64,000 bases of DNA, taken from Candidatus Bathyarchaeia archaeon (GTDB lineage Archaea; Thermoproteota; Bathyarchaeia; Bathyarchaeales; Bathycorpusculaceae). The stretch spans positions 1 through 64,000 of the forward strand of contig JBEKTQ010000019.1 of the NCBI GenBank assembly GCA_049515895.1, given 5' to 3'. Both the position numbers and the translations under genes were made by a program. This document shows, piece after piece, positions 28,841 through 39,642 of the stretch (position 1 is its first letter; each line of letters begins with the position of its first letter). The notes beneath the pieces are model-generated. The model saw only the letters and a program-made list of their open reading frames with translations, was not told the DNA's origin and made no database searches.

Positions 28841-29734
28841 TTAAGTTGGCCTACGATGAGATAAAAGCCATGTGACGGTACCTATTACTACAACTATTGA
28901 AATAGCTACAACGATTGAAATTGCAATCAATAATATCAGAGGAAGATTGCCAATTGTAGAAGTTGGAGAGTCAGAATCGTTAATGTATAATTCGGTGCCG
29001 TAAACCCACATACGGGCTATTTCAGCAGAAGGGTTGCTTGAACTCCAAACGATAACAGGAACAAATGCCGTGGGGGTCACCATTTTCCCAGCAATATAGC
29101 TGCTGCTAGCTACATAATTCCATGGGTCAGCTTCGTATTGCCCATTAGAGTTTATTTCTGGATAATTATTTGGATTGGCGCCAATAGTGAAACCCATGGT
29201 TAATTGAGCCCATCCGTTACTATTAGGAGCTACAACACAATTAGCTGATGAGGCAGGATAATTTGGATATTCTGGTCTTCCATCTGGCGTGACGAGAGCA
29301 TTTATTCTTCCATCTGGACCGAACAAATCAATTTCCATATGTGCTCCATTAGGATAAACGTCTCCGATGCTGCTTGCCCCTGTCCAAATATGGGCTGAAA
29401 AAACAACGCGGTCGCCTACATTAACAGGTACTAATTCGCCATCTAACTCATCAGCACCGGGACCTCCATATTGTGTAGATTGATAATAAGCGTTTGGTGT
29501 CAGTCGAATTGCTGTTTGACCGCCTTGAGTAACAGGGTAAGTGTCCATTCCAGGTGCAGTTGGGCTACCTACACACCATGTATTAACGGAATTAGGATAA
29601 CTCCAAAAATTAGGTAGGGCAGCTATGTTTGTGTTGTCAGCGGATACTGATTTAGTGGTTAAAGCAAAGAAGGGAGAGCATAGTAAGAAAACGACCAAAG
29701 AAAGGATTACGCAGCGTTCTGTTGTGTGCTTCAT
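28841..29734 (-). CDS. Secreted, C-terminally anchored protein (CBM-like jelly-roll candidate)
   Basis: Signal peptide, GGAGGAG RBS, C-terminal TM and RRPT. Confidence 0.8.
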   Translation of the reverse strand: MKHTTERCVILSLVVFLLCSPFFALTTKSVSADNTNIAALPNFWSYPNSVNTWCVGSPTAPGMDTYPVTQGGQTAIRLTPNAYYQSTQYGGPGADELDGELVPVNVGDRVVFSAHIWTGASSIGDVYPNGAHMEIDLFGPDGRINALVTPDGRPEYPNYPASSANCVVAPNSNGWAQLTMGFTIGANPNNYPEINSNGQYEADPWNYVASSSYIAGKMVTPTAFVPVIVWSSSNPSAEIARMWVYGTELYINDSDSPTSTIGNLPLILLIAISIVVAISIVVVIGTVTWLLSHRRPT

Positions 29735-30038
29735 CTTCTCCTCCTCCCGTTTTTCCTCCCTTTCTTCTGAAGTAAAACATAGTCCATAACAACCAGTATA
29801 TCTCGATATATTTATTCAATTACCCAGTCTTCTGTTTCTTAGGTTTAGTTTCTAATTTGCATAGCAAAGGCTATTTCATACCCCCGTACAGATTGCGTGC
29901 TAGCCGTTTAAGCCCCTGAAGTTTTTTCAAAAAATGGATTAAAACGGTTAATGTTAATTGCAAAGATTTTACGACTATAACAATTCTTGATTTGTCTTTC
30001 CCTATAGCACTATTACCTAAAAGGCGCTTAGCCCCCAT

Positions 30039-31442
30039 TTACTGTTCTTTTCTTTGGGGCAAACGTAGCGTGAATGTTGTTCCTTTGCCTTCTTGGCTCT
30101 CAAAAGCTACGGTGCCAGCTAACGCTTCAGTCATGCGTTTAATCACTGCTAATCCGAAGCCTTGCCCTTTTGACTTTGTGGTAAACATCGGCGTAAACAA
30201 TTTGTCCTTTACAGCTTCAGGGATTCCTACACCTGTATCCTTGACAGCAATGACAGTGTCATCGGCTTCTTTGTAAGCACGGATGGTTAGCTCTCCGCCT
30301 TTAGGCATGGCTTGAACAGCGTTAGTAACCAGATTGTACATGATTCGGTTTATGTATGAGGCATCAACGAACACTTCTCTGGCTTCATCATCCATCTTAA
30401 CGTTTAACGTAATGTTTTCGGGCAAGCCATTTTTAACCTGTAACTCATTAATTATTATTTTCAGGTCGGATTTTTCCATTTGCGGTTTAAGGGGTCTTGC
30501 GAAGTCTTGCAGGTCCGCCACGATCTTGTTAATGTAATCAACGTTCTTTTCAATTTCCGTTAGGCTGACTTGAACGTTATTTTTCTCTTCCCCATCGGGA
30601 AATGCAGTGAGTTCAGTCTTAGCTAGATATACGTCGCTGGTTATTGCCTGCAGTGGGTTACGAATGTCATGACCGACCATGCCTGCCGTTTCTCCTATGG
30701 CCGCTAATCGTTCAGCCGCTTTTAGTTTTTCAGTTCGTTCTCTGACGAGTTCTTCCAAATGCTTGGCATATTCTTCGAGTTCAAATTGCATTTTCTTGCG
30801 TTCAGTGATGTCTTTAAGTAATATACCAAGCTGGTTTTTTGTTGGATTAAAAGCGATGGCTTCATAGTGTCTCTTTGTATTGTGATTGTGGCTTTCAAAT
30901 CGAACTGACGTTCCCCCAATAGAAACGTTGTGCAAGGTTTCTATCCAGGACGGCTCAAAATCAAGGAACACCTGCCTTATCGTCTTGCCTAAGACGTCGG
31001 CTCTTTTCAGCCCAGTTTCCTTCTCATAGGCTTCATTGACCTCAACGAGGCGGCAGTCAAATAGAACTTGGTTTTCGTTCAAAATGACCTCGCATAACGC
31101 GAAACCTTCATCCATAGAATTGAAAAGCTTGCGGTAACGTTCTTCGCTTAATTGCAAAACTTGCTCAGATTTTTTTCGTTCGGTGAGGCTTGCATGCTGA
31201 GTCGCTTTCTCTATCACTTGATCAGCCAAGACTTGGCGTAGGTGGCTGGCTCTTTTTCTGTCGACCTTCTCCATTTTCTTGTGCTGAGTGACGTGGGCTT
31301 CGATGGCGCGGTTCATGATGTTCAATGAGGGCGTTAGCAGTATTTTGGCTCCGCATTCGCATTCGATAAAAAGCTGCTGCTCGTAAAGGCTTTGCCCCGG
31401 TACTTCTGTTTTGGTTTCGAGGCCTTGATCTGCATGTTCCAA
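30039..31442 (-). CDS. PAS-domain sensor histidine kinase
   Basis: PAS (FNSMDEGF...VNEAYE...DITERK), H-box VGHDIRNPL, N-box NLVTNAVQAM, G1 DTGVGI, G2 GQGFGL. Confidence 0.95.
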   Translation of the reverse strand: MEHADQGLETKTEVPGQSLYEQQLFIECECGAKILLTPSLNIMNRAIEAHVTQHKKMEKVDRKRASHLRQVLADQVIEKATQHASLTERKKSEQVLQLSEERYRKLFNSMDEGFALCEVILNENQVLFDCRLVEVNEAYEKETGLKRADVLGKTIRQVFLDFEPSWIETLHNVSIGGTSVRFESHNHNTKRHYEAIAFNPTKNQLGILLKDITERKKMQFELEEYAKHLEELVRERTEKLKAAERLAAIGETAGMVGHDIRNPLQAITSDVYLAKTELTAFPDGEEKNNVQVSLTEIEKNVDYINKIVADLQDFARPLKPQMEKSDLKIIINELQVKNGLPENITLNVKMDDEAREVFVDASYINRIMYNLVTNAVQAMPKGGELTIRAYKEADDTVIAVKDTGVGIPEAVKDKLFTPMFTTKSKGQGFGLAVIKRMTEALAGTVAFESQEGKGTTFTLRLPQRKEQ

Positions 31443-31671
31443 CGTTTACAATGAGCTCCTCTTGCAAAGATTTTCTTAAAAGTTGATTCTGATAATTTTC
31501 CAATCAAGAGTGTCGTGTTGGCAGATTTATCCATTTGTTGTTGCAATTGAACAGCAACAATACTAATAATACAGAATTTGGATAGCACTCCCGGCTTAAT
31601 AGTTAAAAGGTGAGTTTTTTTTGTGTGGAGGTTGTGTTTTAAAAAGGGTTAAGAGGGATGAATTTGGGGGT

Positions 31672-31947
31672 TTAACTTTGGGCTTCTTCTGCAATAGGCG
31701 TCATGTTAGTGAGTTCCCGAAAATGCTTCAGTATGGTTATGCCGCGTTGCGTGACTGCGAAGACTGCGCGCCTTTTCTTAACTGTTCGTTCTTCGACCAT
31801 TCCTTGTTTGATTAGAAAGTTCAGATACCCTTTGAGTAAGTTGCCGTTGATGTTAGCTTTGTGCATGATGTGTGTTAGCTTCAAAGGACCCGTGTGCGCC
31901 AACACGTTGAGGATGTCAATATACGTTTCCAGTTTTGATCGTCTCAT
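31672..31947 (-). CDS. Winged-helix DNA-binding protein (archaeal RRSKLE-type)
   Basis: MRRSKLETYIDILNVL...GPLKLTHIM.KANIN...LK.YL.FLIKQG.VEE. Confidence 0.88.
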   Translation of the reverse strand: MRRSKLETYIDILNVLAHTGPLKLTHIMHKANINGNLLKGYLNFLIKQGMVEERTVKKRRAVFAVTQRGITILKHFRELTNMTPIAEEAQS

Positions 31948-32210
31948 CTGTGGTGCCTTCAGATTCTCCAGTTTCACAGGCGGTCTTTCCACTGCATAAA
32001 ACGGGATGTTTTTTTATAAACTTTTCCTATTTCCAGTTACTTGATTCATGCGAAACCTGAGTTGCGATTAATCTTCCTTACTCTGCGCCTAGCACATTCG
32101 TGACGAGTCTTTGGTTTATTTTGCCCGCTCCGCTTTGCAAATTAGTTCATTTTGTTTCTCAAAAATGCTCAAGAGCTACCTAAGCTGCTATGGTGTTTCG
32201 ATGATGCAGA

Positions 32211-32510
32211 ATGGAGACCCATGCAGGCCGCGGCCGGTTCGAAGCCTCGGTTAACCTTTTCGTCGATCCGTCTCAGAAGGCGCAGGTCATAGATGCGCTT
32301 TCGAAAGTGGAAAATATCGAAGAGATTTATGACGTTAAGGGCGAATTTGACATTGTTTCTATAGTTTCAGCTTCAAGCCTGGAGGAATTCCGTGATATAT
32401 TGCAGAAGAAAATCAATAAGATCAAAGGCGTCAAATGCACCCTCACCTCAGTGGTGCTCAAGTCTCACAAGCGGCTCAAACCTGGTTTGAGCAACATCCA
32501 CATGCGATAA
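32211..32510 (+). CDS. Stand-alone Lrp/AsnC ligand-binding (RAM) domain protein
   Basis: IEEIYDVKGEFDIV..V.A.SLEEFRDIL..KI.KIKGV..T.TSVVL. Confidence 0.85.
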   Translation: METHAGRGRFEASVNLFVDPSQKAQVIDALSKVENIEEIYDVKGEFDIVSIVSASSLEEFRDILQKKINKIKGVKCTLTSVVLKSHKRLKPGLSNIHMR

Positions 32511-32634
32511 ACGTGCGCTCGCCCGTTTGACACCTCTCGCGTCGTCAGTTTCGGCGGCGGAGGCTGTTTTGGGTATGGCAAACCTTTTAACTTGTTCGAT
32601 AGGATATTAGCGAAATCGTAGGTGTGAGAATGGC

Positions 32635-33297
32635 GTGGTGACTAAGTCGAAACTTGCTGTTCTTGCGTTGATTTGCGTATTTTTGTTTTCGTTATCTGTT
32701 GTTTCGGTTGGAGCGCTGGTTTCAACATATACGACTGAAAAAACTACGAATGTGACTATCAGTTCTGCTGGGACTTTTGCCGCGACTGAACCCTCTGTGG
32801 GGGCTTCCTATAAGATTGTGGGAACGCCTGGTGCAACCGGAACTGTGACTGCTACTGTTTACGAAGGTAATCCTCAGCCTACCGCTAACGTTCCAAGCGG
32901 AGTCTCATTGACTTATTTCATAGCAATTTCGATTAATATTAATGCACATGATTTCATTCAGGCAACAATTACCCTAAACTACACCGATTCTACTGTCCAA
33001 AACATCAAGGCGCCCTACATGGTTTACAAATTCAACTCTGCATCTAACAAGTACGTCGGGTTGACTTCCACTGCAAACACCCGCGAGAAGACAATAACAG
33101 TTACCTTAAACAGCCTCACTGACCCTTTGCTCGCTATCGGCGGCGCCAAAACTGCAAGTGGTGGAGTTCCAGCATCTACGTGGATAATAACTGTGATTGC
33201 CGTAGTTATTATCGTGTCGGTAAATGTGTTTGTCTTTTATCGCATGCGCCACGAGCCTGAGACTGAGACTGAACCTGCTGAGACATTAAAAAGATAG
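32635..33297 (+). CDS. Secreted membrane-anchored protein
   Basis: Signal peptide, beta-rich body, C-terminal TM. Confidence 0.8.
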   Translation: MVTKSKLAVLALICVFLFSLSVVSVGALVSTYTTEKTTNVTISSAGTFAATEPSVGASYKIVGTPGATGTVTATVYEGNPQPTANVPSGVSLTYFIAISININAHDFIQATITLNYTDSTVQNIKAPYMVYKFNSASNKYVGLTSTANTREKTITVTLNSLTDPLLAIGGAKTASGGVPASTWIITVIAVVIIVSVNVFVFYRMRHEPETETEPAETLKR

Positions 33298-33363
33298 CCT
33301 AAAAGTTGAATGCTTAGGCGAGAAAAGGTTTGTCTGCTCATTTGACGCGGTGGAAACGGCGGC

Positions 33364-33554
33364 AAATTTGTTGTTTGTGTTTTGGGTTGCTTTTTTGTTG
33401 ATGAGCTTGAATCATCTGCAGGACGCGTCAACTAACGTCAACAAAAGTCAACTAACGTCAGCCAACGTCAACTAAAGTCGATAGGCGGCCATTACCGTCA
33501 GCCAACGTCAACTAAAGTCAAAAGTTTGAATGATTAAAAAACGGGAGAAATAAA
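33364..33554 (+). repeat. Dispersed element copy 3: leader, 10 decamers (33421-33520) and tail with GGGAG RBS
   Basis: Same leader; GTC in phase; same degenerate ATAGGCGGCC unit as copy 2; tail identical to copy 1. Confidence 0.9.
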
Positions 33555-33650
33555 ATGCCCGCAACTGAAAAAATTACATTTAAAAGTGTGCTTCAAAAGG
33601 CAATAGAATCCAAGTTCCAAATCTAATTTGCTGGCAATTCAAAGTGGAAG
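33555..33650 (+). pseudogene. Frameshifted, truncated AbrB/MazE/MraZ-like DNA-binding protein remnant
   Basis: MPATEKITFKSVLQK then shifted GNRIQVPNLICWQFKVE; matches the swapped-hairpin G-R-I-x-(I/V)-P signature. Confidence 0.55.
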
Positions 33651-33689
33651 GTCTGTGTCTGTCGAAAAACAATTGTAAAGATTGGGCTG

Positions 33690-33911
33690 TCACCATACTA
33701 TCTGGTTTATTTCCAGTTGTCTACGTATGACTTGATGCGGTATGTCCCATCCGGTCAGATGAAAAATTAATTCTTTAAAGTCTGGTAAGTTCAATTTCGT
33801 TTTTTCTTTCTCTTTGATTGTGGTATAGATTGTAGCTATTGGAAACGATTCCACGTTAGGCAAAGAGTTTCTTACCTTCTTTGCCAGACACGTTAATTCT
33901 TCGCTTTGCAT
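33690..33911 (-). CDS. Hypothetical protein
   Basis: 73 aa; GGAGG and TATATAAT upstream. Confidence 0.6.
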   Translation of the reverse strand: MQSEELTCLAKKVRNSLPNVESFPIATIYTTIKEKEKTKLNLPDFKELIFHLTGWDIPHQVIRRQLEINQIVW

Positions 33912-34145
33912 TCTTTATTTATTCCTCCATGTAGCTTGCTGTTTCTTGTTAAATGCCTTATCGCATGACTTATTATATAGCTTTTTGAAAAGCTTGATAA
34001 CGTTGATTGTCAAGATCAGCGAAACCTTTGCAAAGTTAATTTAACAAAGCTTGTTAAGTCTAGTAAATTTGGTATTATGGATGGAGGGTTTCGGCGCGGG
34101 CTATCAAAAAGTAAAGTTTAACGTTGACATAGTTAGTGCTGAGAG

Positions 34146-34235
34146 TTATTTGGCTTTATACCAATGAAGAATCTTCTTTATCGTTTTTTCGTTATAACCG
34201 CATTCGCCTAGTTTTTCTTGAATTCGTTTCTTCAT
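34146..34235 (-). CDS. 29-aa microprotein MKKRIQEKLGECGYNEKTIKKILHWYKAK
   Basis: Frame preserved between both repeat units with synonymous and conservative changes. Confidence 0.65.
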   Translation of the reverse strand: MKKRIQEKLGECGYNEKTIKKILHWYKAK

Positions 34236-34458
34236 AACTTTCGCCAACTAGCGATTGCCGTTTCTTAATGCTTTCTTTAATCGCATGACTTATTATATAT
34301 TTTTTTGAAAAGCTTGATAACGTTGATTGTCAAGATCAACGAAACCTTTGCAAAGTTAATTTAACAAGCTTGTTAAGTCTAGTAAACTTGCAATTATGCA
34401 TTGAGGGTTTCAGCGCGCGTTATCAAAAAGTAAACATTAGCGTTAACATAGACAGAAT

Positions 34459-34554
34459 CTAGAGTTGTTTGGCATTATACAAACGAAGAATTTTCTCGAT
34501 TGTTTTTTCACTATAACCACATTCGCCCAACCTTTCTTGAATTCGCTTCTTCAT
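34459..34554 (-). CDS. 31-aa microprotein MKKRIQERLGECGYSEKTIEKILRLYNAKQL
   Basis: GGAG RBS and ATG; paralog of 34146..34235. Confidence 0.7.
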   Translation of the reverse strand: MKKRIQERLGECGYSEKTIEKILRLYNAKQL

Positions 34555-34848
34555 CGCTTTCTCCTCTCTGAGTTACTCATATAAGTCGACTTATAACCTA
34601 TATTACTAATTCCGATATACCCCCCTTCGCTATTCTCTTGTAACGTTATAATTTGGTAAGGGGCACTGATTTGCCCTCACCTCACCCCTTTCTCTCGTAT
34701 TTATAAGCGGATGCACATGTGCGCATGCTTGGAAGAGTGAGCGTGAGCAAGTGAGCAAGGAGGCCACACAAGAAAGAAGAAGCGACGATTAGTTATTTTG
34801 ACTTTAGATTGCCTTTCTATTTACTTACACAAATATTATAAGCTCAGC

Positions 34849-37155
34849 ATGGCAATAAAACACAGTCGGGGCGGAGGAAGGACGTCTTTCAAGAAGTGGC
34901 TAATCCTTCTATTAGCAACTATCCTGATTCTCTCAGGGACAATATCTTTTCAATCCGTAACCCACGCCGCTAATAGCGCAGGCAACTACATAGTTGCCGA
35001 GGCCATAGGCAAAGTTTCTATGATTACTCCCAGTGGCCTTAGAACGGTGGTATACAGCTTCACAGATGGCACACAGCCCTTAGGTGTCGCCGTTGATGGT
35101 TCAGGCAACTACATAGTTACCGAATACCTCGCCGGGGCAGGTGCCGACAAACTTTCTATGATTACTCCTAACGGCGGTAGAACAGTAATATACAACTTTG
35201 CGCCAAGCACTTACCCTGTGGGCGTCGCCATTGATGATGCAGGAAACTACATAGTCGCCGAATACCAAACCGGCCAACTTTCTATGATTACTCCTGGCGG
35301 CGTTAGAACAGTAATATACACCTTTGCAGTAGGCACACACCCTACGTTTGTGGCTATTGATGCAGGGAACTACATAGTCGCCAGTACCCTTCCTACTCAA
35401 GGCCTCGACGAGCTTTCTATGATTACTCCCGGCGGCGTTAGAACAGTAATCTACACCTTTGCAGCCATGACCAACCCTGCGGGAGTGGCCGTTGACCCTG
35501 CAGGCAACTACATAGTCGCTGAGTACCAAACTCCCCAAGCACTCTCCAAGATTACTCCTGGCGGCGTTAGAACAGTAATCTACAGCTTTGGAAGCGGTAG
35601 CCCCGAAGGTGTTGCCATTGATAATTCAGGCAACTACATAGTCACAGAGGCCGCGTCCAACAAGCTTTCTATAATTACTCCCGGCGGCGTTAGAACAGTG
35701 ATATACAGTTTCGCAGCCGGTACAAATCCGGTAGGTGTTGCCATTGAGCCCGTATACTCTGCTGTTATTCAGGCTTGGGATGTTGGGGGATGGATTGTTG
35801 AGCCTATCTCCATGGATGGTGTTCCTACAGGGTATAGTACTCCTCACACCTTTAGCTTGAGCGCAACCCACACTTTCACAGTTCCAAACATTGACGTTAA
35901 TGGTTACTCATTTAGTGGTTGGGATACAGGTGAAACGAGCTCAACTATAACGGTTAATTCGGGTGGAACGCATACGGCTCAATATGGTTTGTACTCTGTT
36001 ACTATTCAGGCTTGGGACCCTGGAGGGTGGATAGTTGAACCTATCAACATGGATGGCGCTTCAACAGGTTTCAGTACACCTCATACCTTTAGCCTGAGTG
36101 GGTCTCACACGTTCACGGTTCCAAGTCAAGATGTTAGCGGTTACTTGTTCAGTAATTGGGATACAGGCGAAGCAAGCCCGACCCTAACAGTTAATTCGGG
36201 TGGAACGCATACGGCTCAATATGGCTTGTATTCTGCTACCATTCAGGCTTGGGACAATACTGGATGGTTAGTTGAACCTATTACTATGGATGGCACGCCA
36301 ACTGGTTTCGGTACACCGCACACTTTTGCAGGCTTAGCCGGATCCCACACCTTCACGGTTCCAAGCCAAGACGTTAACGGTTACCTGTTCAGTGATTGGG
36401 ATACGGGCGAAGCAAGCCCAACCCTGACAGTTAATTCTTATGGCACACATACTGCCCAGTACGGTCCAACTCCTACTCCAACGCCAACTCTTACTCCCTC
36501 TCCAACACCAACTCTTACTCCTACTCCAACGCCCACACCGAGTCCAACCCCTACTCCCACTCCGACCCCCTCTCCATCCCCAACTCCAACGCCTTCACCT
36601 TCTCCCACGTTCACTCCAACTCCGAGTCCAACTCCCACACCTACCTCGACGCCCACACCCACGCCAACCCCAACCCCAACGCCAAATCCAACTTCGACTC
36701 CAACACCCACTCCCACAGCTACTCCAAAACCAACAGCAACCCCTACTCCAATCCCAACAGCAACACCAACACCTATTCCTACGGCAACGCCAACTCCCAC
36801 ACCTACTCCAACTCCCACACCTACTCCAACTCCCACACCTACTCCAACTCCAACTCCAACACCAGCGCCAACATCAACACAAACATCAACTACGTCGATT
36901 ACACGTTCTCCGACACCCACTTCGACGCCTACTCCAACTTCGAAAGGTACGCCGACATCAGCGCCTAATCCAACATCAATGTCCACGACTTCAAACCCAA
37001 CTACTTCACCTAAATTAACTGTAACACAATCAAATTTACCTCAAGGGGCCATCTATGGAATAGTGGCTGCCGTGGTCACCGTAATAATCGTTCTATCTGT
37101 ATTAATGCTGAGAAAGCGTAGGAAAGGAAAAGCTGATTCTGGTTCCATCAAGTAG
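34849..37155 (+). CDS. Surface protein: NHL-like beta-propeller, three ~78-aa repeats, long PT linker, TM anchor (true start may be ACG at 34882)
   Basis: About six GVA.D.AGNYIV.E...[13 protein letters not shown] units; three IQAWD..GW.VEPI.MDG units; C-terminal TM and RKRRK. Confidence 0.9.
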   Translation: MAIKHSRGGGRTSFKKWLILLLATILILSGTISFQSVTHAANSAGNYIVAEAIGKVSMITPSGLRTVVYSFTDGTQPLGVAVDGSGNYIVTEYLAGAGADKLSMITPNGGRTVIYNFAPSTYPVGVAIDDAGNYIVAEYQTGQLSMITPGGVRTVIYTFAVGTHPTFVAIDAGNYIVASTLPTQGLDELSMITPGGVRTVIYTFAAMTNPAGVAVDPAGNYIVAEYQTPQALSKITPGGVRTVIYSFGSGSPEGVAIDNSGNYIVTEAASNKLSIITPGGVRTVIYSFAAGTNPVGVAIEPVYSAVIQAWDVGGWIVEPISMDGVPTGYSTPHTFSLSATHTFTVPNIDVNGYSFSGWDTGETSSTITVNSGGTHTAQYGLYSVTIQAWDPGGWIVEPINMDGASTGFSTPHTFSLSGSHTFTVPSQDVSGYLFSNWDTGEASPTLTVNSGGTHTAQYGLYSATIQAWDNTGWLVEPITMDGTPTGFGTPHTFAGLAGSHTFTVPSQDVNGYLFSDWDTGEASPTLTVNSYGTHTAQYGPTPTPTPTLTPSPTPTLTPTPTPTPSPTPTPTPTPSPSPTPTPSPSPTFTPTPSPTPTPTSTPTPTPTPTPTPNPTSTPTPTPTATPKPTATPTPIPTATPTPIPTATPTPTPTPTPTPTPTPTPTPTPTPTPAPTSTQTSTTSITRSPTPTSTPTPTSKGTPTSAPNPTSMSTTSNPTTSPKLTVTQSNLPQGAIYGIVAAVVTVIIVLSVLMLRKRRKGKADSGSIK

Positions 37156-37419
37156 GTATACAACACAAATAATGCTGATCCGGAATTTGGTTAGAAATCG
37201 GGATTTGTGGCGTTTGGGTTTGGGATAATAATTTGGTTCTGATTTCTTTTTTTTATTTTTGTTTTGTTGTTGCGTTATATACGTAACATACGCGTGAAGT
37301 TCAGTAATTATTTTAGATAAGCAATTCTTATATTATTGTAGGAAGTATTACGATATTAGAGGGAAAGCGCTATACGCCCTGTAAGTAACAGGTAAGACCA
37401 TAACAGGAGAAAAGAACGG

Positions 37420-37665
37420 TTGAGCAAAAATAGAGAATTAATCAGAAAATGGGGTTCGCGCTACATAAAATATAATGTAATAGGCATAGCTGTTTTTCTA
37501 TTAAACATCGTTATTTACGTAATTATCTTCCCTTTTTTAGGAGAATGGTCCTACGTTGTGGTTAGCATGAACGGTGGAATTATGGAGTTTACATTAATCG
37601 CCTACATTAACAAGACTAAAAAAGGCGTAATATTTGATAGTTGCACCCCAATTAATGGCACATAA
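37420..37665 (+). CDS. Small membrane protein (GtrA-like N-terminus)
   Basis: RYIKYNVIGIAVFLLN; AGGAG upstream. Confidence 0.6.
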   Translation: MSKNRELIRKWGSRYIKYNVIGIAVFLLNIVIYVIIFPFLGEWSYVVVSMNGGIMEFTLIAYINKTKKGVIFDSCTPINGT

Positions 37666-37794
37666 ATAGAAGCATATGTGCTCAGTCTCACCGACTGGCC
37701 GTCACGCGAACAAAACACCTGAGTAGACTTAGACATGCCACCATGGGAAAAAGCCATGGCTGACTTTGCTAGAATAAGCGCATTGACCTTCTTT

Positions 37795-38166
37795 TTACTT
37801 AGTCACTGTTAAAGCTGTAGCCGCCCAGATAGTTTCATCTTTGTTGCATGCAACTAAGGGCAATGTTCCCACTGTTTGAGGCGCATTTGCTGATACTACA
37901 AGCTTACCGTTTGCGTCAGTAGTTCCTGCGGCAAAACATACAGATACGTTTTGATTTACAGTCCAGCCGTAGATACCTGTATTAGCTGGAAAACCAGTAA
38001 GAGTGGCAGTATATTGCCCGCCTGACTTGACCGAATTTGAACTTAACGAAATAGACGGTTTCGACGCAGCCGATTGAAATGGTACAACTATTGATATCGA
38101 GTATCCTACAGCTAACCCAATAACTAGAGCCAAAAGTGTGAAGCCGATTACTCCATTTCTATTCAA
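37795..38166 (-). CDS. Small secreted Ig-like protein
   Basis: GGAGGAGGTGA RBS, TTG, hydrophobic N-terminus, GFPAN...TTDANG. Confidence 0.75.
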   Translation of the reverse strand: MNRNGVIGFTLLALVIGLAVGYSISIVVPFQSAASKPSISLSSNSVKSGGQYTATLTGFPANTGIYGWTVNQNVSVCFAAGTTDANGKLVVSANAPQTVGTLPLVACNKDETIWAATALTVTK

Positions 38167-38313
38167 GAAGGTTCACCTCCTCCTCCAAAAATCAGAACAG
38201 CACCAAAAAGGGATTTCTTTTTCACAGGCCAGTCCCAACTAATCTTGATGTTGTTCGCTGTATTTAAAATCTATTATTATTAGATTTTGCTAGAAAGTAG
38301 CCCGAGAGTGTGT

Positions 38314-38538
38314 CTAAAAAAATATCACGCTTACTGCTTGAAGGATGCTTGCAACTACGAGAAGGAGAAAAATTGGTAACTGCTCGCGCCTTTCCACTTT
38401 GAAATCAGCTTCTATCGAGAAGCCTTTTATTTTTTTCTCATAATATTTTCTCCAATTAAAGAAAGGAGATGCTGCTAAAGTACCTGCGATTATGTCAAGA
38501 ATTATTCCCGAAATTGCTAATAATTTAGCTATTTCCAT
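38314..38538 (-). CDS. Small 2-TM membrane protein
   Basis: Two hydrophobic helices. Confidence 0.65.
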   Translation of the reverse strand: MEIAKLLAISGIILDIIAGTLAASPFFNWRKYYEKKIKGFSIEADFKVERREQLPIFLLLVVASILQAVSVIFF

Positions 38539-38892
38539 TTTTTCTCAATCCATCTCTCTGTGGTTCGCGTTCATGATGGACTTTTTTCCGGCTGACATTT
38601 CCGTCTTTTTCCCCAACATTGTGACGCGCCTCTCAAACATGATTTATTAAAACTTCTCAATCTCTGCTTTATTTGTTTCCATTCTAACTGTGTTTCTTCT
38701 CCATGCAGATTTAAGACTTCTTGTATCTTCAGCCTTTTCTTCTTGCTCGCAGTTTGGACACAAGAACGAATCATCAATAGCGCTGTCATGGGTTCAAATC
38801 CATACTTAATTGAGCCAATCATCTCTTTCAAACATTTGTCAGAGATAAGTATTAATTTGGTCGGTCTTTTCTTTCGTTCAAGGTTTTTAAAC

Positions 38893-39305
38893 TTGGATAT
38901 TAGGCTTCAAGTCTTTGAGTATTATGGGAATAATGATAATAGTTTCCAGAGGAGCTTTCGCTTGTTGTCGTTGACTTCGGTAGAGCTAAGAGTTATCCCC
39001 AAAATTTTGTCTGCGTCTTACCTACACAATTGGGAAAAGGAAAAGTAGATAGTGCTTTCCTTCGTGTTTTCAAAGACAAAAGCTTGGAACAAGCGAAGGC
39101 TTTGCTGAAGGATGCTTTGAAGGGAGAGGATGATTCTGAGATAAAGGCTGAGATCGAGAGAAGGCTTTTGCTACTTGAGCCTAAAGTGGCAAATCAAATA
39201 AAGTGCAGTGGTTGCGGAAAACTCTTTCAGGCCAAACGGATAAGAAAGTTCAAGAACAATTTTTGTGAAGAATGCATGAAGAAAAAATTTGGGACTCAAG
39301 TTTAG
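38893..39305 (+). pseudogene. Paralog of 16555..16968 with a 1-nt frameshift near 38962
   Basis: LDIRLQVFE...RSFR then shifted VVVDFGRAKSYPQNFVCVLP...CSGC...FCEEC; colinear with the intact paralog. Confidence 0.85.
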
Positions 39306-39642
39306 CAAAGCAATGATCATTAAGCTTTTTTGGGTTTTATAGCTAGCTTTAAAGTAACGTCGATGTCATATTCCTTTTCTATTTTTTTAACTGAAACGTG
39401 CCATTCCTTGACCTCAACGTCCATGTCCTTGAAATGCGCCATAACTGATTCTTTTAAGAACTAAATCTGCGATTATTTTTTCAAAGCATATGTGAGTGGG
39501 GCGAGACGGCAACAATCATTGTAACTTCAGTAGGCTCACGTAACTTTCATACTGGATCCCAAGATAGGTATAATGCCGATTTTGCTTGCGAGATTTTGAA
39601 TAAAATTCAAAAGCAAATTGGAGTCTGTCGAGAGTTATTCGT

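Larger units (their letters stand above)
33960..34562. repeat. Tandem duplication with about 320-bp period
   Basis: ATCGCATGACTTATTATATA... starts at 33960 and 34280; contains palindrome TTAACAAGCTTGTTAA. Confidence 0.92.

Noticed and set aside
36438-36986. Antisense VGVGVG ORFs (also 174-440, 4916-5296, 25699-26385, 60172-60561)
   Set aside because: Shadows of Pro/Thr linkers on the opposite strand
38571-38831. 86-aa ORF or degraded zinc-finger gene
   Set aside because: A CPNC-containing frame exists but lacks a start and is interrupted; too weak to call
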